Assembly: GCF_006345805.1 (NCBI RefSeq)
Contig: NC_043006.1
Span: 90,892,001 to 90,956,000 of the forward strand
Direction: 5' to 3'
From: Octopus sinensis
Taxonomy: Eukaryota
Length of the DNA stretch: 64,000 bases
A program made the translations under genes and the position numbers. The notes under the pieces were generated by a model. That model saw nothing but the letters and a program-made list of their open reading frames with translations, had not been told where the DNA came from and made no database searches. Positions 13,253 through 24,284 of this stretch are shown piece by piece (position 1 is the stretch's first letter; each line of letters begins with the position of its first letter).

Positions 13253-14189
13253 ATATATATAAATGACTTTCACTATAAGCCCATCATGAGAAAGGGTATA
13301 ATTCTTACCAAAACAAGTTCAACTAAATTAAATAACCATATTTTATGTATGAATTTAACTTCAAAGTAAGTTCACTCGGGTAAACCGTTTCCCCCACTCT
13401 ATGCTGTTTTAGTACTCTATTATAGTAAGTGCAATGTTTAAGTTGCTGGTAACTCATACAGCTTAATATGTTACTTGCTGTTAGCACTGCAAGCATTGAA
13501 CTTCTGCTTAGGAATTTCAGGTTGAAGAGATACATGCAATGTATATGTATATGTATATGAATGTGTGTGTGTGTGTGTGTGTGTGTGCATGCACAAAACA
13601 CACACATTTATATACACATAATCTATAGGATCAGTGTGTTTTCTCCCATATAGTTTGATGTGACATATCTAATCATCAGCAGGCTATAATTCCCTACATT
13701 GGTTTTCTTCTTCCTATCTCCTTACATGCCCATTTTTATTTATTTATTTTGTAATACGAATAACCCTTACCTCAATTTCCTTTTTCTTTCATACATTTAA
13801 ATTCAATGTATGTTGTAATTATACAAATTCCTTGTGATTGGAAACCACAATTTCTTAATGCGTGTGCATACGTGCACATGTATATGTCAGCTGGCACTTA
13901 CAGGCATGATTATATGAGGTATGGGATGCTTATATTACAACAAAACTGATGTTCTGTTTATTACTGATAGATTCCTTTATTACTTTTGTTATCAATAGGT
14001 CTCTTGTGTTTATGCATTTTTCCTTTCTTTTCTACCAATTTTGTATTTGTTGTTCTTCATATCTGCATTTTAAGCTCTTAAGCAATTTGCAAGGGAGTCT
14101 TTTCTCTATTACATGTGTGTATGTCCCTCTCTCGCCCCCTCTTCTCTAGTTGTTGCATAATGTACTTCTATTCTTTGCCAAACTAAAAC

Positions 14190-14810
14190 AGGGTTTGACT
14201 GACTCTGCCGATTGCCATACACCCATTATTTGACAATATTCTGACCACACGCAAGTCATTCCTTGTCAAATATACACAGCCAGGTTTTAATATTTCTTGC
14301 TGGAGTCCTAACATTAATTCAGAATTATCCCAGGAAAGCAGAATTTCCAAAACAAAATAAGTCCCCTGGTTTTCCACAAGAGAGGTAGCAAACAGCCATG
14401 CAATATGATAAATACAGGAAAAGAAAAACCAAGTCTTTCCAGTGACATAAATGACTATTCTTTCAATCTCATGCTGAAATAACAAAGGTCTTAGTGTTAT
14501 AACATGATTTGATGAAATGGTTATAGTTGTTGAGTTGATTGTACCATGGAAAGGTAATAGAGAATTGCTTTGTGTAAAGTAACAACTGAAGAGGGAAGAG
14601 TTTTGGTAACCAAATAACTCAGAAGGACAGTTTACAATACTTGCAGTGAAGGTATGACGCAGGAGGTTGGTGGCTATATTCATGATGTCTTTCTTGGTTC
14701 ACTGAACTTCGGAAGTAGAACAGCAAAGTAATGATTAGAAACTTACAAGACTGTTGCAGAGAATAATTCAAATGAATATGTCTTGGGTATATGAAACACC
14801 TTCAGAGACA
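14190..14810 (+). pseudogene. Relic C-terminus of an RLE-type non-LTR retrotransposon (HERO-like)
   Basis: Plus-strand frames give, in order, GLTDSADC, DNILTT, KYT/QVLIFLAGVL, PLVFHKRGSK, MVIVVELIVPWK, LAVKV..RRRLVA and VAENNS. This echoes the CCHC / RH.QVL / ELTVPWE / VEVG.RG / AE..S.W layout. Confidence 0.6.
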
Positions 14811-15061
14811 GTAAATAATAAATCTTGTTTTTTTTTTGTTACTGACTGAAAATCAAATAGATACTGAATGTTGAAACTGCTCTGGTTTTAAATGATTACT
14901 TCCTTAGATTATTTTGCACTTCCCTAGAAAGCAATTCTGTTAGATATTCCTAATGCTTTTGTTTCTCTTGTTGGTAGTTTGCTGATAAAGAGAATTTCCT
15001 GCATGTCAGGATAAATGCACATATGTATATACACATGTATGTGTGTATATATGTATATGCT

Positions 15062-15099
<38 letters not shown>

Positions 15100-15104
15100 C
15101 ATAT

Positions 15105-15148
<44 letters not shown>

Positions 15149-15287
15149 TCAATAAATGGTGGGGTTGTGTTGACCGCACGTGGAGAAATGATAAGTAAGG
15201 AAAAATTTTTTTATAAAAATGCAGAATGCTCAAATGAAAGAAAATTTTAATAAAATGAGAAATTGATAAAATATATAAATATATATT

Positions 15288-15328
15288 TATTCAACCGGTT
15301 TTCGTCATTGTATGACTTGTCAAGAATA
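15288..15328 (-). ncRNA. Minimal hammerhead-ribozyme-like motif (inverted copy)
   Basis: Exact reverse complement of 16408-16448. Confidence 0.6.
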
Positions 15329-15416
15329 TTTATGTTTTAAAAAGTTTTTTTAAAAATTAGAAAGGGGAAAAAAAGAAAATTGCATTGTTTTTTGCAAAAG
15401 AATAATGATAAAAATG

Positions 15417-15772
15417 AATTTACCTTCAAACAAGGTACGAAGTTTAAAATCAAGACTAACTTCTCCTGTTCCTCCGAGAACCTTATCTACGTTCTCACAT
15501 GCGCTGGTTGCCAACATAATTATGTTGGACAAACGAGTCTCCCGTTACGTAAACGAGTAACGGTGCATAAAGAACAAATAAATCTCCCGGAATACCGACA
15601 AATTCCACTGAGTGACCACTTAGACTCATGTGCTAAAGACTTAAACCCCAAATTCTATATATTCCCCTTCTACCAATGTAAAGACGGGATCACCACACAG
15701 GAGAGAATTAACAAGGAGAATCTCTTTATTGAAAAATTCCAAACACAACTTAATATGCAAACTCCTCGTTGA
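15417..15772 (+). CDS. PLE C-terminal GIY-YIG endonuclease domain (5'-truncated ORF)
   Basis: FSCSSENLIYVLTCAGCQHNYVGQT..LRKRVTVH..LSDHL..KENLFIEKF..QLN. The GIY/YIG tyrosines, catalytic R, E and N, and the CxxC plus two His of the PLE CCHH motif are present with no stops. Codons before 15417 come from the inverted arm. Confidence 0.9.
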
Positions 15773-16407
15773 TCAAACTTCCTTTTTCTACCTCACTCTT
15801 CATGGATGGACTAACACAAATATATAAAGATACCATGCATTCATCACTTCAAGCTAAAACTTATATTCTTTAAATATCATTTTTACTATTGTTGTTATTA
15901 CTATCATTTTTATTATAAATGATATGACAATTTGAAATGCAATTGTCTATGCAGATTTATATAATTAGAAAATAATATAAATAAAGTGTTCAAATCTGAA
16001 AGTTAAGTTAACAAGCAATTATATAAAAAAGATAACGCAAATGAAGCTAAAATGATAATTTTATAATTTGGGTTTTACCAACAACCCTTATTGAAGAACT
16101 CAAAAGAGTTGTCTCCCCTTACTCACAACACAGGAACTGAAGAACCACAATTACTACTAATTCCTGTCCTGCCAACATGCTGAATTAAACCACACAACAC
16201 ATGCTCTTAATCCCTTTGGATCTTAATACCTCAAGGTAATTTTTTCGTGAACAATCATAAAACTCAAGATACACAACGAACTCACAATGTATCGGAGTAC
16301 TTATTTTTTAATTTTTGTACATTTTTATCATTATTCTTTTGCAAAAAACAATGCAATTTTCTTTTTTTCCCCTTTCTAATTTTTAAAAAAACTTTTTAAA
16401 ACATAAA

Positions 16408-16448
16408 TATTCTTGACAAGTCATACAATGACGAAAACCGGTTGAATA
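16408..16448 (+). ncRNA. Minimal type-I hammerhead-ribozyme-like motif, atypical core
   Basis: TATTC-TTGACAA-GTCAT-aca-ATGAC-GAAA-ACCGGT-T-GAATA: stem I TATTC/GAATA, stem II GTCAT/ATGAC, palindromic stem III ACCGGT. The core reads UUGACAA instead of CUGANGA. Confidence 0.62.
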
Positions 16449-16538
16449 AATATATATTTATATATTTTATCAATTTCTCATTTTATTAAAATTTTCTTTC
16501 ATTTGAGCATTCTGCATTTTTATAAAAAAATTTTTCCT

Positions 16539-16575
<37 letters not shown>

Positions 16576-17891
16576 CATACTTACACATATACATTCATAC
16601 ATTTCTAAACAATAAACTTGTCCTTTTCTTTAATGGCATAGCAACTTTGGTGAATTTTTAATTCTTGAGATTATCTCCCCTTCTAATATGGAGCTGATCA
16701 CATTTGGCAATGGGTAATTGTGATACATCATCCTCCAGAGGCAGAGATAATCCAAATGAATCAAAACTTTATATTGCACGGTATTTGATATATCTCTGTT
16801 TGTCTATGGTTTTCAAATACATACCATTGGCCTCTAAATTTTTTCTTTTAGCTCACCTTTGTTTATATCTATGAGTGTGTGTATGTGTGTGTGACACATG
16901 CTATGTGAATGAAGCTTGGCAGATGGAAACTGTGTGGAAGCCTGTCAAATGAATGGTTCCTCTGGTACTAGTACATAGCCATGGCAAACAGTGCCTCGGT
17001 CTCCCAGAAGGTACATTATAAATGCAAACAACTGTCAAATACTCAGTTAAGCCACTTCTGTTGTAATTCAGTGAGAGACTGTTCCATTGATTGAACCACT
17101 AAAAGAGTCACCACTGAAACTCTGTGAGCCACATTGAAAGTGACACGCAACCAGGAGAGCAGTGGCTCTAAACAACAACTGATGCAGAATCTAGGAGTCT
17201 CTTTAGTCCAGTTGCAGACAACCAACCTCTCTAGTAATGGTGGTTTAATAAATTACATACAGTCTGTGTTGTAGACGTACAACAGAAGTGAGTTGGCTGG
17301 GTTCTCTGTGTTGCTGTGTGTGTCAGGTGATAAAGTACAATGTCAGGTGATGAGATGAAAAACCAGAGTGGGTTATGAGATGAAGCTGCTGTGAAACTCA
17401 CCCAATCTATGTCAAAATGATGATGATGATAGCAACGGTCCTTGTTGTTGTTTCTTTTTCTCTGAAGCACAAAGCTAAGTTTACTAAATAGAAGCGCAGT
17501 TGATCGATTCAACCCCACTACTATCATTTCTATTATGTAATTTATTTACTGCAGTGTAGTCAAGGGGAAATTTAATTTCAATGTGATTTGAAGAGAGTAA
17601 ATCATACATCGAAGTAGATAATGTGGTTCATTCTTTAATCTGTGATCTGTATCAACTTGCTTGCTTGACTGATGTAATAATATTACAACTATCAGAAGAG
17701 AGTAACTTCAGATTTTTACTATTTGAATTGCTTGAATGTTAAACAGACAAAGGTCCATATTTCTGATTAGATTTGAAATTTATTCACTAAATTCTCTCCA
17801 CTATTTCAACATGTTGATTAATGTCAAAGCACTGAATCAGATAGAGTGGCTTCTTTTAAATTTTATTTTTTATATATATTTTTCTTTCCAG

Positions 17892-17933
17892 GATTATACT
17901 TATGGGAACATATTTTGAATGGACATCTCGAAC
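17892..17933 (+). CDS. Candidate 42-nt exon (xLYLWEHILNGHLE or IILMGTYFEWTSR)
   Basis: Strong acceptor tttttctttccag and donor gtaagc, with two open frames. Identity unknown. Confidence 0.35.
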
Positions 17934-18024
17934 GTAAGCTTGGTGGTATGTGGAGCTATGGTATGAAGAAAATCAACAATATTCGATTCAAGTAACTATG
18001 ACATTTCTACTTTTTTTTAATCAT

Positions 18025-18378
18025 TTACTTTTTTCTGTCATTGGATTGTGGCCATGCTGGGGCACTGTCTTGAAGGATTTACTTGAACAAATTGAACCCA
18101 CTACTTTTTTTTTTAGAGTTTCATACTTATTCTATCGGTCTCTTTTTCTGAACCACTCAGATATAGGGACATAAACAAACCAACATCAGTTACCAAGCAG
18201 TGAGGTAACAAACACACACACATACACACACATATATATATACATAAGATGGGCTTCCACACACTTTCCATCTAGCAAATCCACTCACAGAGCATTGTTC
18301 AACCTGGGGTTATGGTCCACACTTGGCCAAGGTGCTGCGCAGTGGGACTGAACTCAAAAACCACACAGCCAAGCCTGT
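18025..18378 (-). mobile_element. tRNA-derived SINE, family 1
   Basis: Minus strand has the GGCTGTGTGG..GAGTTCAGTCCCACTGCGCAGCACCTTGGCCAAGTG head and the CCCCAGCATGGCCACAATC tail region. Confidence 0.78.
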
Positions 18379-18379
18379 C

Positions 18380-19385
18380 CCTATTCAACTGTTTCATGTA
18401 GCTCTAAATGTTGATACTGAAGGATAACTAGTGTGTGAAGCGGGAGGAATGTGGGTGCTTGTGTGTGTGTGTGTAGTTGTATGCATCTACTGTTTGGGCA
18501 AAAGATGTTTGTAGTGTAGGTAATGAATTAAATAGTGTAGAGAAAGAGAGGACAGTGGAAGGTGAGAGGTGGGTTTAGATGAAGATAGGTAGAGAATTGA
18601 GACCACGAGGTACTAAAATATGAGAGAGGAAATAAATTTCTGCTCACAATGGAGGTGGGAATCTAGGTGGTCTCTGTGCAAGGCCAGTCTGAACACAGAT
18701 AGTTTAGAAAATGACTGGTTCGAACAAAAATGGTGTGAAACTGGGATGTCATTCCTGAGTGTGATATCCTAAAGATGTTCAGCAAACCAGTCAGCTAGGT
18801 GCTGACCAGCTTGACCATTGCACAGGGAGTGACACAGAGAGCAGAGGCTGCAGTAGATCAAATTACTGGACGTGCAAGGGAACGAGCCAATGATGTTGTA
18901 GGGATGGCAGTGGTGCTGATAAGGATAATGGTGTTGGGGAGGAAGTGATAGATGTAGCAACATGGGCAAAAGCAGGTGAAGTAGCCAGGAGTGAGGGAAG
19001 TGGCCAGGAGTGGGGAAGAAGCTACTACAGACTTGAAGAAGGTCATGAGGGTTAAGAGTACATTTGAAGGAAGTGAGGGATGGGCTAGGGAAGATGTGAG
19101 AAAGTATGTAAAATGGTGAGATATGTAAAGGGGGAAGGAGGATGGCTAGGTGGGGGGAGGTCTGGGAGAGAGTGGATGCACTGTCAACAGATTGGAAACA
19201 GGCAAGGGCAGTTTGGATAACAGTGGTGGGCTATCCCCTTTGGGTGCCGTGGCAAACCAAGAGTTGGGATTGTGTCTCAAAGTCATAGTCATCACTGCAG
19301 AGCTTGCAGAGATGGAGGAACTGAGAGTAATGGATGTACAGTTTGGTGTGGGTCGGCTGGAAGTGGGAGTCTGACACACCCATAA
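18380..19385 (-). mobile_element. Decayed Neptune-type Penelope-like element (RT thumb plus GIY-YIG)
   Basis: Minus frames give HYSQFLHLCKLCSDDYDF..QRG*P..IQTA (PLE thumb, consensus PYSQFLRLRR.CS..RGYP) and FPCTSSNLIYCSLCSLC..GQAG..LADWFAEHL*DI..PVSHHF..EQKFI (GIY-YIG). Confidence 0.8.
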
Positions 19386-20960
19386 ACATGTGTATAGCAA
19401 ATATTCCTGGTGAATTTTTAATACTTAAAGTTCTATTTTCAAGCTTTCCACTTTACAAATACTCTTCATATTGTATGTCTTAGTTTTCACAGCTACAAAG
19501 GTGCGAAACTTAGTATTCGTTACTACAATTTAACTCATTATAATCATTTAATAGATGGTGGGCTAGCCAACTACAAACTTTGGCTTGTCTACCGTGTCAT
19601 TAAATTCTTGCTTTAGCTCATAAGGAATTTGTCTCACTCAGAATCTGATATTTTATGATTCATTACTTCTTTTGTTACTTGCCAAATCTGTCTAAAACAC
19701 ATTAGTACTGTTGCCTTCTTTTGCAGTGATTTAATTCAATCTTATATTTACTGAGATTAAAGGTCTCTTTCTGTCTCTAAGATGCCAAAGGTGAAAAAAT
19801 TATTACTTTACATATATATAATTCCTTTTAATGAAACATAGCATTGCAACCAGGCAATTAGCAAAGACACTTGCTGTCTCCTTTGGTGATTGATTATTTT
19901 GTGTGTTGATGAGTGGCTTTAAGTGTTTGGATTAGTGTACTTAGGATCAACTAAACATTCTTAATGAATTCTATAGACTGTATTTTCCTAAGGTGTAATT
20001 TTATCATGTTCTCACTGTCTTTTATTTCTGCCGAAAAGTAAACTAGCTAATTTCTTTTCATAGAATTTTACTTGGCCAGCTTAAATAGACAAAGAATAAA
20101 CACTTCAACTGCTAGCAATTTCATATAGGAGAGGGAAGAGACCAAGTCTTTCATTGAGAGATCTCTCCATTTTATGAAATATGTCATGAAACTAATTCAA
20201 TATAATTCATCTTGGAAGATGTGTTTGTTTATTGGAAGGCTTAACCAAGAGGAGTTTAATATTGTGCTTGACAATCTCATATAAGTGATGTATATAGAGA
20301 TTAGTTAAATTCTGTTTTCCATTAATGACTGCTAAAGGAATGATAAATTTTAGCAAAAACTTTCAATAATGTTTTTAGGCTCTACATTTGCACAAGTTTA
20401 CATAAAATCATGGTCCAGTTGGTTAGGGTAATGGACTTACCTGTTGAATGTTATGAATTTAAATCCTCTCACATTTTGCAGAGAAGCTTCAGTCAAACAA
20501 CTTGTTTCCTTGTCTTTATTGCCATAATAGATGACGTTCATAAACAGAAGTCCATAATAATTCATCTTCCTTTTGTTTACTTTATAATAAAAAAAAAATT
20601 CAACATTCAATTTAACATTGAGTGACTGACTTCAATTTAAAATGGCTTTTTGATTTATTTTTTTTTAAATGGGAAGAAATTCTATTTAATGTAGCTGTAA
20701 AATTCAGTAAACAGTTCAAAACATTAATATCTATTATCTGTATCACTGTTCAGAAATCTGTTGTTTTTGTAGTCTTTTAAGACATTAATTTTTATTCAAT
20801 CTGTTATGCTCATTGTATACAAAGTTACCAGAGATAACTAACCTCCATTGTGAAGTTCTAAACGATTATAATAATGTTCATAGAATGCTACAACTGCTTA
20901 AAGTTAGAATCATCGACGGCAGTGTTCTGAAATTGGATTAAAGTCTATTGTCTCTTAAAG

Positions 20961-21057
20961 TGTGATGACAAACCAGATCGAAACACACAGAAGAGAAACA
21001 CTTACTATGACATTCAAAATATTTATCAACTAGCTAGACACCCAGGATTTATAAAAG
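20961..21057 (+). CDS. Candidate 97-nt exon (CDDKPDRNTQKRNTYYDIQNIYQLARHPGFIK)
   Basis: Acceptor tattgtctcttaaag, donor AAG/gtattc, a single open frame, and an in-phase join to 21516-21548. Confidence 0.38.
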
Positions 21058-21515
21058 GTATTCCAATGTCTTGAAGAGCAGAAGAAGACAGCCCTGTTAG
21101 CAGATCTAGTTTTGAAAGTAATATGTGTAGTATAAAGTTTAGTAAGTTCTTACAAATTCTACTTTGCAAATTAAAAGTTGCATAACGACATTACCAGAAG
21201 TTTTAATGATATTCTCAATTAATATTGAAGTAGTGAAATTTTGTATAACAACACCTGACATTTTCTTGACTGCATATTAAATATAAAATGGAGTGAGACA
21301 TGCAGTACACATTGCTTATTGATGTTAACAAAGAAATTACACATATACAGTCTGTAATCAAAGCCTGAATAAGGATTTCACAATGTAATATGAATTAGAA
21401 TTTACAAATATTTGTTATTTTCTTGTGATAGAGTAAGAGCAACTTCAGCAGATCTTATTGACACAATCATTTAAAATCATTTGAGAATCTAATTGAATTC
21501 TCCAATTGTCTGCAG

Positions 21516-21548
21516 CATTGACTGGAACACTGGATCTTATTAGATGCA
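21516..21548 (+). CDS. Candidate 33-nt exon (ALTGTLDLIRC)
   Basis: Acceptor ttctccaattgtctgcag and donor gtaaat; its phase-1 start matches the preceding candidate. Confidence 0.3.
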
Positions 21549-21924
21549 GTAAATGAGTTGCATATTGGCAATAAATATGTAAGAAATTATACTTTCTACT
21601 TTTGATTTCAAATGCATGCAAGTTTTCAAACCTGACAAGTCCTAGCTTTGTTAGTTAAAATTTGTATCAACCAAATGTTTACCATGATTAAAATAATATA
21701 GGGATTCTCTATTAGAAATGTCACTCTATCCTTCACCACAGTGTTTCTGTTTGCTTGACTTCTACAAGTATTTAACCACACTACACCCATTTCTTTGTTT
21801 ATACCCCATTTGTTATTCCTGTTACCAGCAGTCTTTGAGACAATTATGACTACTTTTATATTACTTACTACCAGTACCCTACTGTTTTAGAAGCTCTGTT
21901 TGCTAACCTTTTTCACGATGGGAA

Positions 21925-22013
21925 AGTTATTTTATTAAATTTTTCGTTATTTTCAAAATTAATTGAAACAAAAGCAGTATATTTTTAAAGAAGTATCGTA
22001 ACAAGGAGATTAA
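21925..22013 (+). mobile_element. Degenerate right end of a piggyBac-related MITE
   Basis: AATTAATTGAAACA..GTATATTTT..AGAAGTATCGTAACAAGGAGATTAA resembles 9505-9563 (AATTAATTGAAACA..GTGTATTTT..AGAAATATAGTAACGAAAGGGTTAA). Confidence 0.55.
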
Positions 22014-23887
22014 ATGATTTTCACAAACTTTTTTACTCCTTTTGTGAAAAGAAGCGAGTATAATACTCATGACCTTTGCAGTATTCCACTTACTTATTTT
22101 CCAGACTGGTTAAATTGATGCAGTTGATTAATGCTCAGTATGGATACCAAAAGGTCAATATTTGCAAGAAATATGTTGGGTGGTAGAGAGGGAATTCCAA
22201 AAGGCTGGTATTGTTTTGCTTGGTTAAGTGTTTAGTGTAGGATCTCAGATGTGAAATGTAAGAGACATGACAAGAGAGCAAAAGGTAGTTGTGTTGGTGG
22301 GCCTGGGTAGAGGGATTATGCACTTAGTCAAGTCAGAAGACCAGAGGCTTGTCTTTGATTTGTTGAAGAGTCAGAGGACAGAAATACAGCTAGATACTAA
22401 AGCATCAGTGAGGGTGTCTTCACTAACCAGACAAATTGCTTTATTTTAAAATGCAGTACAGGATGTCTGCATGCATAAGAACAGCAACAACCTTTACACA
22501 CACACACGCACGCACACACACACACTCACTTACGCATATATATTTTCCAGTGACATACAAGTTAAAAGCTCTACATGGTCACTTTGAATAAAGAACTCAA
22601 AGGTAAGTTGAAGATGAATGAATAAATGTTTGATCCATAAATTAGACGTTTATTCATTCAATCTCAGACTTATCCTACATGTGTGTGTGTGTGTTATCAT
22701 CACCATGTAATGTCCACTTTCTTATCCTTGCATTGGTCAGATGGAAATTGTTGAGGCTGGTGTTTCTATGTCAGGATGCCCATCCTTTAACCAACTGTCA
22801 CCTGTTTCCTCCAACTAAGGTTATATTTTCCCATAGCTAGGCATGTTTTCTCGTGAACAAAACTTCTAAAATATCAAATTATATAAAACAGTCTTCTTGA
22901 TTTTACTTCAATTTTAAGGAAACAGCCTTGCAGATAGTTTATAAAATGTTCCTAATCTTAGGACATGAAAACCTGTTGGTGTTCTTGTTTGAAGAAGAAA
23001 GGAAATGTTCGCTTCCTCACCTCACCCTGTGAATGTTTTGCTTATTTATCAATAATTTGTCTGAAAGAAGATTCCGACTGAAAGAAATGCTCATTAGTTT
23101 ATTGTCTTCTCTTCTAAATTGTGTTGTAGAGTATGATTAGCTTTGGTTGCTTTTATCATGACATCATCTTCTATCTAATACCAATATTAAGTAAATAATT
23201 AATGGCCTCCTGACAAGTTATTATTTTTTATTGACACACTGGCATTCATACAGCCTCCTAAGCTGGCTAATTACAAAAATGGAATAAGAATTAATTGTAG
23301 TTATTAATTCACTGGCAAACACATTCAAAGTGTCTAAAGTATCTCTGTTTCAGTGGTAGACACAAACTAATTTTGTTAAAGCTTTTTTCAGTTGAAACTC
23401 TTTTGCTGTATATGGCTCACATATTTTACTCGTGGTTCCTCATAATGTATTCTGTTTCATTATTATTATTGTTATTTTTTATCTCTCAACTGACTAAAAT
23501 AGAAAAAAGTTTTGAGTATGTCTGCATTAAATAAAACCACAACTTTCAAACACTTTTTATGTATATTGCATACAATATAAATAATGAATGTTGCTACTGC
23601 TATTAGCAGACTCTCTTGTAGCATTAATCTACTTGTAGATTTGCTGTTCTGTAAATTCTATGTGGTAGGCAAAACACTTAATGCAATACTATCACAAATA
23701 TAGGGATTTACAAATCAGTGGGTGTTTTTTGTTGTTTTTCTTTAAAGCCGGTTAGAAAGAAATATGGGTGCAAATGTGCTAAGATTCTCAAGCAAAAAAA
23801 GAAAAATATGGAAATCAAATAAAAACTGTTTTGATTTTAAAAAATAACTTCATACCTTATCCTACCTACTGTATTTGCCTTTAGTTG

Positions 23888-24270
23888 TCAGGCATGGCTG
23901 TGTGGTGAAGAAGCTCACTTGACAACCATGTGGTTTTGAGTTCTGTCCTTGGGCAAGTGTCTTCTACTATATTGGCTCTGAGACAACCAATACCTTGTGA
24001 GGGAAGTTGGTTGACATATATAAATATATGTGTGTATGAATATGCATGTGTGGTTTGTGCTTGGGTTTATCACTTCACCGCAGTTTGACAACCAGTGTTG
24101 GTTTGTCTATGTCCCTGTAACTTAGCAGTACAATAAAAGAAACTGAAAAATAAGTGCCAGACTTGAAAGAAAAAAACATTTTATATATATTAGTGTTGAT
24201 TTGTTTTGCTAAAATCCTTCAAAGCAGGGCTCCAGTATGGCCAAAGTCCAGTGACTGAAACAAATGAATA
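23888..24270 (+). mobile_element. tRNA-derived SINE, family 1
   Basis: GGCATGGCTGTGTGG head, CCTTGGGCAAGTGTCTTCTACTAT, and CTCCAGTATGGCC..GACTGAAACAA end. Confidence 0.8.
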
Positions 24271-24284
24271 AAAAAACATATTTA

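Larger units (their letters stand above)
15147..16542 (+). mobile_element. Young 5'-truncated Penelope-like element with an inverted copy of its 3' end, inserted in (TA)n
   Basis: GIY-YIG ORF, perfect 223-bp inverted repeat, hammerhead-like motif followed by AATAAA in the terminal repeat, and (TA)n on both flanks (about 15102-15146 and 16542-16572). Confidence 0.9.
15194..16542. repeat. Perfect 223-bp inverted repeat (15194-15416 / 16320-16542)
   Basis: Base-by-base comparison by eye found no mismatch. Confidence 0.95.

Noticed and set aside
14183-14683. 166-aa minus-strand ORF, at first read as a PLE RT relic
   Set aside because: The plus strand gives a much more coherent ordered RLE/HERO motif series, so the minus ORF is most likely an antisense artefact.
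15380-15416. Start MHCFLQKNNDKN of the GIY-YIG ORF as a standalone endonuclease gene
   Set aside because: These codons lie in the inverted arm. The ORF is a chimeric product of 5' truncation, not a free-standing homing endonuclease.
15919-15956. SECIS-like hairpin (ATGA..GACAATTTG-AAATG-CAATTGTC..GA) downstream of a TGA-terminated ORF
   Set aside because: The 3' GA is about 2 nt out of register for the quartet, the sequence is very AT-rich, the recovered frame has no internal UGA, and selenoprotein PLEs are known from the N-terminal-EN Naiad clade whereas this EN is C-terminal. A SECISearch run on the family consensus would settle it.
16091-16113. TTGAAGA-ACTC-aaaa-GAGT as a second hammerhead
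   Set aside because: No GAAA after stem II, and no stem I or III.
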